Origin: Eledone cirrhosa
Taxonomy: Eukaryota
Direction: 5' to 3'
Assembly: GCA_964016885.1 (NCBI GenBank)
Contig: OZ024742.1
Span: 4,774,001 to 4,838,000, forward strand
Length of the DNA: 64,000 bases
In this document: positions 53,050-64,000 of the stretch, piece by piece
Layout: every line of letters begins with the position of its first letter
How positions within the stretch are numbered: position 1 is the stretch's first letter
Notes under the pieces: generated by a model
Databases searched by the model: none
The model's input: only the letters and a program-made list of their open reading frames with translations
What the model was told of the DNA's origin: nothing
Translations under genes and position numbers: made by a program

Positions 53050-56000
53050 GTCTGATAGCTCTGTAGTTAGACAACATATAGTAATGTGCTATAGTGGTCT
53101 GATTTCTCTGTAGTTAGACAACATATAGTAATGTGGTATAGTGGCCTGATATCTCTGTAGTTAGACTACATACAGTAATGTGCTATAGTGGTCTGATTTC
53201 TCTGTAGTTAGACAACATATAGTAATGTGCTATAGTGGTCTGATATCTCTGTAGTTAGACAACATATATTAATGTGCTATAGTGGCCTGATAACTCTGTA
53301 GTTAGACAACATATAGTAATGTGCTATAGTTGTTTGATATCTCTGTAGTTAGACTACATATAGTAATGTGCTATAGTGGCCTGATATCTCTGCAAATAGA
53401 CAACATATAGTAATGTGCTATAGTGGTCTGTTATTTCTCTGTAGTTAGACAAAATATAGAAATGTGCTATAGTGGTCTGATATCTCTCCAGTTAGACTAC
53501 ATATAGTAATACGCTATAGTGGTTTGTATCTCTGTAGTTAGACAACATATAGTAATGTGCTATAGTGGTCTGATATCTCTGTAGTTAGCCTACATATAAT
53601 AATGTGCTAGAGTGGTTTGATATCTCTGTATTTAGAAAACATAAAGTAATGTGCTATAGTGGTCTGATAGCTCTGTAGTTAGACAACATATAGTAATGTG
53701 CTATAGTGGTCTGATTTCTCTGTAGTTAGACAACATATAGTAATGTGGTATAGTGGCCTGATATCTCTGTAGTTAGACTACATACAGTAATGTGCTATAG
53801 TGGTCTGATTTCTCTGTAGTTAGACAACATATAGTAATGTGCTATAGTGGCCTGATATGTCTGTAGTTAGACAACATATAGTAATGTGCTATAGTGGCCT
53901 TATATCTTTGTAGTTAGACAACATATAGTAATGTGCTATAGTTATTTGATATCTCTGTAGTTAGACTACATATAGTAATGTGCTATAGTGGTTTGATATC
54001 TCTGTAGTTAGACTACATATAGTAATGTGCTATAGTGGTTTGATATCTCTGTAGTTAGACTACATATAATAATGTGCTATACTGGTATGATATCTCTGTA
54101 GTTAGACAACATATAGTAATGTGCTATAGTGGTTTGATATCTCTGTAGTTAGGCAACATACAGTAATGTGCTATAGTGGCCTGATATCTCTGCAATTAGA
54201 CAACATATAGTAATGTGCTATAGTGGTCTGATATCTCTCTAGTTAGACTACATATAGTAATACGCTATACTGGTTTGATATCTCTGTAGTTAGACTACAT
54301 ATAGTAATGTGCTATAGGGGTCTGATATCTCTGTAGTTAGACAACATATAGTAATGTGCTATAGTGGTCTGATTTCTCTGTAGTTAGACAACATATAGTA
54401 ATGTGCTATAGTGGTTTGATATCACTGTAGTTAGACAACATATAGTAATGTGCTATAGTGGCCTGATATCTCTGTAGTTAGACTACATATAGTAATGTGC
54501 TATAGTGGTCTGATAGCTCTGTAGTTAGACAACATATAGTAATGTGCTATAGTTCTTTGATATTTCTATAGTTAGACTACATATAGTAATGTGCTATAGT
54601 GGTTTGATATCTCTGTAGTTAGACTACATATATTAATGTGCTATAGTGGTTTGATATCTCTGTAGTTAGACTACATATAGTAATGTGCTATAGTGGTATG
54701 ATATCTCTGTAGTTAGACTACATATAGTAATGTGCTATAGTGGTTTGATGTCTCTGTAGTTAGACTACATATAGTAATGTGCTATAGTGGTATGATATCT
54801 CTGTAGTTAGACTACATATAGTAATGTGCTAGAGTGGTTTGATATCTCTGTCGTTAGACAAGATATAGTAATGTGCTATAGGGGTCTGATATCTCTGTAG
54901 TTAGACTACATAAAATAATGTGCTAGAGTGGTTTGATATGTCTGTAGTTAGAAAACATAAAGTAATGTGCTATAGTGGTTTGATATCTCTGTAGTTAGAC
55001 AACATATAGTAATGTGCTATAGTGGTATGATATCTCTGTAGTTAGACTACATATAGTAATGTGCTATAGTGGTTTGATATCTCTGTACTTAGACTACATA
55101 TAGTAATGTGCTATAGTGGTTTGATATCTCTCTGGTTAGACTACATATCCTAATGTGCTATAGTGTTTTGATATCTCTGTAGTTAGACTACATATAGTAA
55201 TGTGCTATAGTGGTTTGATATCTCTGTAGTTAGACTACATATAGTAATGTGCTATAGTCGTATGATATCGCTGTAGTTACACTACATATAGTAATGTGCT
55301 ATAGTGGTTTGATATCTCTGTAGTTAGACTACATATAGTAATGTGCTAGAGTGGTTTGATATCTCTGTAGTTAGACAACATATAGTAATGTGCTATAGTG
55401 GTCTGATATCTCTGTAGTTAGACTACATATAATGATGTGCTAGAGTGGTTTGATATCTCTGTAGTTAGAAAAAATAAAGTAATGTGCTATAGTGGTTTGA
55501 TATCTCGCTGGTTAGACTACATATCCTAATGTGCTATAGTGGTCTGATATCTCTGTAGTTAGACAACATATAGTAATGTGCTATAGTGGTCTGATTTCTC
55601 TGTAGTTAGACAACATATAGTAATGTGGTATAGTGGCCTGATATCTCTGTAGTTAGACTACATACAGTAATGTGCTATAGTGGTCTGATTTCTCTGTAGT
55701 TAGACAACATATAGTAATGTGCTATAGTGGTCTGATATCTCTGTAGTTAGACAACATATATTAATGTGCTATAGTGGCCTGATAACTCTGTAGTTAGACA
55801 ACATATAGTAATGTGCTATAGTTGTTTGATATCTCTGTAGTTAGACTACATATAGTAATGTGCTATAGTGGCCTGATATCTCTGCAAATAGACAACATAT
55901 AGTAATGTGCTATAGTGGTCTGTTATTTCTCTGTAGTTAGACAAAATATAGAAATGTGCTATAGTGGTCTGATATCTCTCCAGTTAGACTACATATAGTA

Positions 56001-59000
56001 ATACGCTATAGTGGTTTGTATCTCTGTAGTTAGACAACATATAGTAATGTGCTATAGTGGTCTGATATCTCTGTAGTTAGCCTACATATAATAATGTGCT
56101 AGAGTGGTTTGATATCTCTGTATTTAGAAAACATAAAGTAATGTGCTATAGTGGTCTGATAGCTCTGTAGTTAGACAACATATAGTAATGTGCTATAGTG
56201 GTCTGATTTCTCTGTAGTTAGACAACATATAGTAATGTGGTATAGTGGCCTGATATCTCTGTAGTTAGACTACATACAGTAATGTGCTATAGTGGTCTGA
56301 TTTCTCTGTAGTTAGACAACATATAGTAATGTGCTATAGTGGCCTGATATGTCTGTAGTTGGACAACATATAGTAATGTGCTATAGTGGCCTTATATCTT
56401 TGTAGTTAGACAACATATAGTAATGTGCTATAGTTGTTTGATATCTCTGTAGTTAGACTACATATAGTAATGTGCTATAGTGGTTTGATATCTCTGTAGT
56501 TAGACTACATATAGTAATGTGCTATAGTGGTTTGATGTCTCTGTAGTTAGACTACATATAATAATGTGCTATACTGGTATGATATCTCTGTAGTTAGACA
56601 ACATATAGTAATGTGCTATAGTGGTTTGATATCTCTGTAGTTAGACAACATACAGTAATGTGCTATAGTGGCCTGATATCTCTGCAATTAGAAAACATAT
56701 AGTAATGTGCTATAGTGGTCTGATATCTCTCTAGTTAGACTACATATAGTAATACGCTATACTGGTTTGATATCTCTGTAGTTAGACTACATATAGTAAT
56801 GTGCTATAGGGGTCTGATATCTCTGTAGTTAGACAACATATAGTAATGTGCTATAGTGGTCTGATTTCTCTGTAGTTAGACAACATATAGTAATGTGCTA
56901 TAGTGGTTTGATATCTCTGTAGTTAGACAACATATAGTAATGTGCTATAGTGGCCTGATATCTCTGTAGTTAGACTACATATAGTAATGTGCTATAGTGG
57001 TCTGATAGCTCTGTAGTTAGACAACATATAGTAATGTGCTATAGTTCTTTGATATTTCTATAGTTAGACTACATATAGTAATGTGCTATAGTGGTTTGAT
57101 ATCTCTGTAGTTAGACTACATATATTAATGTGCTATAGTGGTTTGATATCTCTGTAGTTAGACTACATATAGTAATGTGCTATAGTGGTATGATATCTCT
57201 GTAGTTAGACTACATATAGTAATGTGCTATAGTGGTTTGATGTCTCTGTAGTTAGACTACATATAGTAATGTGCTATATTGGTATGATATCTCTGTAGTT
57301 AGACTACATATAGTAATGTGCTAGAGTGGTTTGATATCTCTGTAGTTAGACAAGATATAGTAATGTGCTATAGTGGTCTGATATCTCTGTAGTTAGACTA
57401 CATAAAATAATGTGCTAGAGTGGTTTGATATGTCTGTAGTTAGAAAACATAAAGTAATGTGCTATAGTGGTTTGATATCTCTGTAGTTAGACAACATATA
57501 GTAATGTGCTATAGTGGTATGATATCTCTGTAGTTAGACTACATATAGTAATGTGCTATAGTGGTTTGATATCTCTGTACTTAGACTACATATAGTAATG
57601 TGCTATAGTGGTTTGATATCTCTCTGGTTAGACTACATATCCTAATGTGCTATAGTGTTTTGATATCTCTGTAGTTAGACTACATATAGTAATGTGCTAT
57701 AGTGGTTTGATATCTCTGTAGTTAGAAAAAATAAAGTAATGTGCTATAGTGGTTTGATATCTCGCTGGTTAGACTACATATCCTAATGTGCTATAGTGGT
57801 CTGATATCTCTGTAGTTAGACAACATATAGTAATATGCTATAGTGGTCTGATATCTCTGTAGTTAGACAACATATAGTAATGTGCTATAGTGACCTGATA
57901 TCTCAGTAGTTAGACTACATATAGTAATGTGCTATAGTTGTTTGATATCTCTATAGTTAAACTACATATAGTAATGTGCTATAGTGGTCTGATTTCTCTG
58001 TAGTTAGACAACATATAGTAATGTGCTATAGTGGTCTGATATCTCTGTAGTTAGACAACATATATTAATGTGCTATAGTGGCCTGATAACTCTGTAGTTA
58101 GACAACATATAGTAATGTGCTATAGTTGTTTGATATCTCTGTAGTTAGACTACATATAGTAATGTGCTATAGTGGCCTGATATCTCTGCAAATAGACAAC
58201 ATATAGTAATGTGCTATAGTGGTCTGTTATTTCTCTGTAGTTAGACAAAATATAGAAATGTGCTATAGTGGTCTGATATCTCTCCAGTTAGACTACATAT
58301 AGTAATACGCTATAGTGGTTTGTATCTCTGTAGTTAGACAACATATAGTAATGTGCTATAGTGGTCTGATATCTCTGTAGTTAGCCTACATATAATAATG
58401 TGCTAGAGTGGTTTGATATCTCTGTATTTAGAAAACATAAAGTAATGTGCTATAGTGGTCTGATAGCTCTGTAGTTAGACAACATATAGTAATGTGCTAT
58501 AGTGGTCTGATTTCTCTGTAGTTAGACAACATATAGTAATGTGGTATAGTGGCCTGATATCTCTGTAGTTAGACTACATACAGTAATGTGCTATAGTGGT
58601 CTGATTTCTCTGTAGTTAGACAACATATAGTAATGTGCTATAGTGGCCTGATATGTCTGTAGTTGGACAACATATAGTAATGTGCTATAGTGGCCTTATA
58701 TCTTTGTAGTTAGACAACATATAGTAATGTGCTATAGTTGTTTGATATCTCTGTAGTTAGACTACATATAGTAATGTGCTATAGTGGTTTGATATCTCTG
58801 TAGTTAGACTACATATAGTAATGTGCTATAGTGGTTTGATGTCTCTGTAGTTAGACTACATATAATAATGTGCTATACTGGTATGATATCTCTGTAGTTA
58901 GACAACATATAGTAATGTGCTATAGTGGTTTGATATCTCTGTAGTTAGACAACATACAGTAATGTGCTATAGTGGCCTGATATCTCTGCAATTAGAAAAC

Positions 59001-60280
59001 ATATAGTAATGTGCTATAGTGGTCTGATATCTCTCTAGTTAGACTACATATAGTAATACGCTATACTGGTTTGATATCTCTGTAGTTAGACTACATATAG
59101 TAATGTGCTATAGGGGTCTGATATCTCTGTAGTTAGACAACATATAGTAATGTGCTATAGTGGTCTGATTTCTCTGTAGTTAGACAACATATAGTAATGT
59201 GCTATAGTGGTTTGATATCTCTGTAGTTAGACAACATATAGTAATGTGCTATAGTGGCCTGATATCTCTGTAGTTAGACTACATATAGTAATGTGCTATA
59301 GTGGTCTGATAGCTCTGTAGTTAGACAACATATAGTAATGTGCTATAGTTCTTTGATATTTCTATAGTTAGACTACATATAGTAATGTGCTATAGTGGTT
59401 TGATATCTCTGTAGTTAGACTACATATATTAATGTGCTATAGTGGTTTGATATCTCTGTAGTTAGACTACATATAGTAATGTGCTATAGTGGTATGATAT
59501 CTCTGTAGTTAGACTACATATAGTAATGTGCTATAGTGGTTTGATGTCTCCGTAGTTAGACTACATATAGTAATGTGCTATATTGGTATGATATCTCTGT
59601 AGTTAGACTACATATAGTAATGTGCTAGAGTGGTTTGATATCTCTGTAGTTAGACAAGATATAGTAATGTGCTATAGTGGTCTGATATCTCTGTAGTTAG
59701 ACTACATAAAATAATGTGCTAGAGTGGTTTGATATGTCTGTAGTTAGAAAACATAAAGTAATGTGCTATAGTGGTTTGATATCTCTGTAGTTAGACAACA
59801 TATAGTAATGTGCTATAGTGGTATGATATCTCTGTAGTTAGACTACATATAGTAATGTGCTATAGTGGTTTGATATCTCTGTACTTAGACTACATATAGT
59901 AATGTGCTATAGTGGTTTGATATCTCTCTGGTTAGACTACATATCCTAATGTGCTATAGTGTTTTGATATCTCTGTAGTTAGACTACATATAGTAATGTG
60001 CTATAGTGGTTTGATATCTCTGTAGTTAGAAAAAATAAAGTAATGTGCTATAGTGGTTTGATATCTCGCTGGTTAGACTACATATCCTAATGTGCTATAG
60101 TGGTCTGATATCTCTGTAGTTAGACAACATATAGTAATATGCTATAGTGGTCTGATATCTCTGTAGTTAGACAACATATAGTAATGTGCTATAGTGACCT
60201 GATATCTCAGTAGTTAGACTACATATAGTAATGTGCTATAGTTGTTTGATATCTCTATAGTTAAACTACATATAGTAATG
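53050..60280. repeat. Tandem higher-order repeat of 53/49 monomers (~2.3-2.5 kb), 3 copies, related to ~46.6-48.9 kb
   Basis: TCTCCAGTTAG at 46764, 53488, 55980 and 58284 gives tandem offsets of 2492 (53x47+1) and 2304 (49x47+1). GCAAATAGAC, GGTTTGTATC, ATAGGGGTCTG, AGTTCTTTGAT and GACAAGATA co-occur in the same order in each copy. Confidence 0.9.
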
Positions 60281-60499
60281 TGCTATAGTGGTCTGATATC
60301 TCTGTAGTTAGACAACATATAGTAATGTGCTATAGTGGCCTTATATCTTTGTAGTTAGACAACATATAGTAATGTGCTATAGTGATTTGATATCACTGTA
60401 GTTAGACTACATATAGTAATGTGCTATAGTGGTCTGATATCTCTGTAGTTAGACAACATATAGTAATGTGCTATAGTGGCCTGATATCTCTGTAGTTAG

Positions 60500-62075
60500 A
60501 CTACATATAGTAATGTGCTATAGTGGTTTGATATCTCTGTAGTTAGACAATATATTGTAGTGTGCTATAGTGGCCTGATATCTCTGCAATTAGACAACAT
60601 ATAGTAATGTGCTATAGTGGTCTGTTATTTCTCTGTAGTTAGACAAAATATAGAAATGTGCTATAGTGGTCTGATATCTCTCTAGTTAGACTACATATAG
60701 TAATACGCTATAGTGGTTTGATATCTCTGTAGTTAGACTACATATAGTAATGTGCTATAGTGGTTTGATATCTCTGTAGTTAGACTACGTATAGTAATGT
60801 GCTATAGTGGTATGATATCTCTGTAGTTAGACAACATATAGTAATGTGCTATAGTGGTTTGATATCTCTGTAGTTAGACAAAATAGAGTAATGTGCTATA
60901 GTGGCCTGATATCTCTGTAGTTAGACTACATATAGTAATGTGCTATAGTGGTCTGATATCTCTGTAGTTAGACAACATATAGTAATGTGTTATAGTGGTC
61001 TGATTTCTCTGTAGTTAGACAACATATAGTAATGTGCTATAGTGGTCTTATTTCTCTGTAGTTAGACAACATATAGTAATGTGCTATAGTGGTCATATTT
61101 CTCTGTAGTAAGACAACATATAGTAATGTGCTATAGTAGCCTGATATCTCTGTAGTTAGACTACATATAGTAATGTGCTATAGTGGCCTGATATCTCTGT
61201 AGTTAGACTACATATAGTAATGTGCTATAGTGGTCTGATATATCTGTAGTTAGACAACATATAGTAATGTGATATAGTGGTCTGATTTCTCTGTAGTTAG
61301 ACAACATATAGTAATGTGCTATAGTGGTTTGATATCTCTGTAGTTAGACAACATATAGTAATGTGCTATAGTGGCCTGATACCTCTGTAGTTAGACTACA
61401 TATAGTAATGTGCTATAGTGGTCTGATAGCTCTGTAGTTAGACAACATATAGTAATGTGCTATAGTGGTCTGATTTCTCTGTAGTTAGACAACATATAGT
61501 AATGTGGTATAGTGGACTGATATCTCTGTAGTTAGACTACATACAGTAATGTGCTATAGTGGTCTGATTTCTCTGTAGTTAGACAACATATAGTAATGTG
61601 CTATAGTGGCTTGATATGTCTGTAGTTAGACTACATATAGTAATGTGCTATAGTGGTCTGATATCTCTGTAGTTAGACAACATATTGTAATGTGCTATAG
61701 TGGTTTGATATCTCTGTAGTTAGACAACATATAGTAATGTGCTATAGTGGCCTGATATCTCTGTAGTTAGACTACATATAGTAATGTGCTATAGTGGTCT
61801 GATATCTCTGTAGTTAGACAACATATAGTAATGTGCTATAGTTGTTTGATATTTCTATAGTTAGACTACATATAGTAATGTGCTATAGTGGTTTGATATC
61901 TCTGTAGTTAGACTACATATAGTAAGGTGCTATAGTGGTTTGATATCTCTGTAGTTAGACTACATATAGTAATGTGCTATAGTGGTTTGATATCTCTGTA
62001 GTTAGACTACATATAGTAATGTGCTATAGTGGTATGATATCTCTGTAGTTAAACTACATATAGTAATGTGCTATA
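60500..62075. repeat. Distant copy (~1.55 kb) of ~49310-50885
   Basis: ATATTGTAGTG at 49361/60552, GTCATATTT at 49901/61092 and GTAAGGTGC at 50731/61922 all have an offset of 11191 (238x47+5). Confidence 0.9.
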
Positions 62076-64000
62076 GTGGTCTGATATCTCTGTAGTTAGA
62101 CAACATATAGTAATGTGCTATAGTGGACTGATAACTCTGTAGTTAGACAACATATAGTAATGTGCTATAGTTGTTTGATATCTCTGTAGTTAGACTACAT
62201 ATAGTAATGTGCTATAGTGGTTTGATATCTCTGTAGTTAGACTACATATAGTAATGTGCTATAGTGGTCTGATATCTCTGTAGTTAGACAACATATAGTA
62301 ATGTGCTATAGTGGCCTTATATCTCTGTAGTTAGACAACATATAGTAATGTGCTATAGTGGTTTGATATCACTGTAGTTAGACTACATATAGTAATGTGC
62401 TATAGTGGTCTGATATCTCTGTAGTTAGACAACATATAGTAATGTGCTATAGTGGTCTGATATCTCTGTAGTTAGACAACATATATTAATGTGCTATAGT
62501 GGCCTGATAACTCTGTAGTTAGACAACATATAGTAATGTGCTATAGTTGTTTGATATCTCTGTAGTTAGACTACATATAGTAATGTGCTATAGTGGTTTG
62601 ATATCTCTGTAGTTAGACTACATATAGTAATGTGCTATAGTGGTTTGATATCTCTGTAGTTAGACAACATATAGTAACGTGCTATAGTGGCCTGATATCT
62701 CTGTAGTTAGACTACATATAGTAATGTGCTATAGTTGTCTGATATCTCTGTAGTTAGACAACATATAGTAATGTGCTATAGTGGTCTGATATCTCTGTAG
62801 TTAGACAACATATAGTAATGTGCTATAGTGGCCTGATATCTCAGTAGTTAGACTACATATAGTAATGTGCTATAGTTGTTTGATATCTCTATAGTTAGAC
62901 TACATATAGTAATGTGCTATAGTGGTCTGATATCTCTGTAGTTAGACAACATATAGTAATGTGCTATAGTGGCCTTATATCTTTGTAGTTAGACAACATA
63001 TAGTAATGTGCTATAGTGGTTTGATATCACTGTAGTTAGACTACATATAGTAATGTGCTATAGTGGTCTGATATCTCTGTAGTTAGACAACATATAGTAA
63101 TGTGCTATAGTGGACTGATAACTCTGTAGTTAGACAACATATAGTAATGTGCTATAGTTGTTTGATATCTCTGTAGTTAGACTACATATAGTAATGTGCT
63201 ATAGTGGTTTGATATCTCTGTAGTTAGACTACATATAGTAATGTGCTATAGTGGTCTGATATCTCTGTAGTTAGACAACATATAGTAATGTGCTATAGTG
63301 GCCTTATATCTCTGTAGTTAGACAACATATAGTAATGTGCTATAGTGGTTTGATATCACTGTAGTTAGACTACATATAGTAATGTGCTATAGTGGTCTGA
63401 TATCTCTGTAGTTAGACAACATATAGTAACGTGCTATAGTGGCCTGATATCTCTGTAGTTAGACTACATATAGTAATGTGCTATAGTGGTTTGATATCTC
63501 TGTAGTTAGACTACATATAGTAATGTGCTATAGTCGTATGATATCTCTGTAGTTAGACTACATAGAGTAATGTGCTATAGTGGTCTGATATCTCTGTAGT
63601 TAGAGAACATAGAGTAATGTGCTATAGTGGTCTGATTTCTCTGTAGTTAGACTACATATAATAATGTGCTATACTGGTATGATATCTCTGTAGTTAGACT
63701 ACATATAGTAATACGCTATAGTGGTTTGTATCTCTGTAGTTAGACAACATATAGTAATGTGCTATAGTCGTCTGATATCTCTGTAGTTAGCCTACATATA
63801 ATAAATGTGCTAGAGTGGTTTGATATCTCTGTATTTAGAAAACATAAAGTAATGTGCTATAGTGGTCTGATAGCTCTGTAGTTACACAACATATAGTAAT
63901 GTGCTATAGTGGTCTGATTTCTCTGTAGTTAGACAACATATAGTAATGTGGTATAGTGGCCTGATATCTCTGTAGTTAGACTACATACAGTAATGTGCTA

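Larger units (their letters stand above)
1..64000. repeat. Satellite DNA array of a 47-bp monomer (~1,360 head-to-tail copies), running off both ends of the window
   Basis: Unit 1-47 is TAGTAATGTGCTATAGTGGTCTGATATCTCTGTAGTTAGACAACATA and restarts at 48. The same unit is read on every line to 64000, in one orientation, with no unique sequence. Most monomers differ from consensus by only a few substitutions, mainly at unit positions 20-21 and 42. Confidence 0.99.

Noticed and set aside
1-64000. CRISPR array (47-bp repeat with a hairpin)
   Set aside because: The repeats abut directly with no unique spacers, and there is no leader or cas gene.
1-64000. Repeat-protein CDS
   Set aside because: 47 is not a multiple of 3. 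Plus-strand stops at unit positions 1, 4, 14, 22, 33 and 37 cover all three frames. Minus-strand stops (CTA at 11 and 41, TTA at 36) close all frames within two monomers. A non-standard code with all stops reassigned has no support.
1-64000. Rolling-circle/MDA concatemer or sequencing-error artefact
   Set aside because: Rare variants recur in ordered, nested blocks at many different offsets, which random error or a single circular template would not produce. Local misassembly of near-identical blocks cannot be excluded.
1-64000. Telomerase-type telomeric repeat
   Set aside because: There is a G/T strand bias, but the unit is long and heterogeneous, has inherited HOR structure and lacks G-runs. 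A subtelomeric location or a recombination-maintained terminal array remains possible but cannot be tested here.
1-64000. Embedded transposon, inversion or unique island
   Set aside because: No departure from the monomer or from its orientation was seen. Measured offsets are fully explained by multiples of 47 plus 1-2 bp indels.

Overview
The whole 64 kb window is one uninterrupted, single-orientation, head-to-tail tandem array (satellite DNA) of a 47-bp monomer, about 1,360 copies. The consensus is TAGTAATGTGCTATAGTGG(TT/TC/TA/CC)TGATATCTCTGTAGTTAGAC(T/A)ACATA, about 32-34% GC, with no CpG and one EcoRV GATATC per unit. I found no genes, RNA genes, CRISPR spacers or transposon insertions, and stop codons close all six frames within one or two monomers. 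The information lies in the order of variant monomers. Rare variants recur at near-exact multiples of 47 bp, showing nested duplications of 3, 7, 11, 18, 21, 32, 47-53, 78, 93 and about 239 monomers. They also define three zones: left (1-20.4 kb), centre (20.5-42.9 kb, no net indel) and right (42.9-64 kb). The left and right zones share variants that the centre lacks. Several recurrent variants improve the monomer's internal quasi-palindromes. The organism and satellite family cannot be identified from the sequence alone; a eukaryotic heterochromatic or centromere-type array is an inference. All offsets were measured by eye from marker variants, and block boundaries are approximate.
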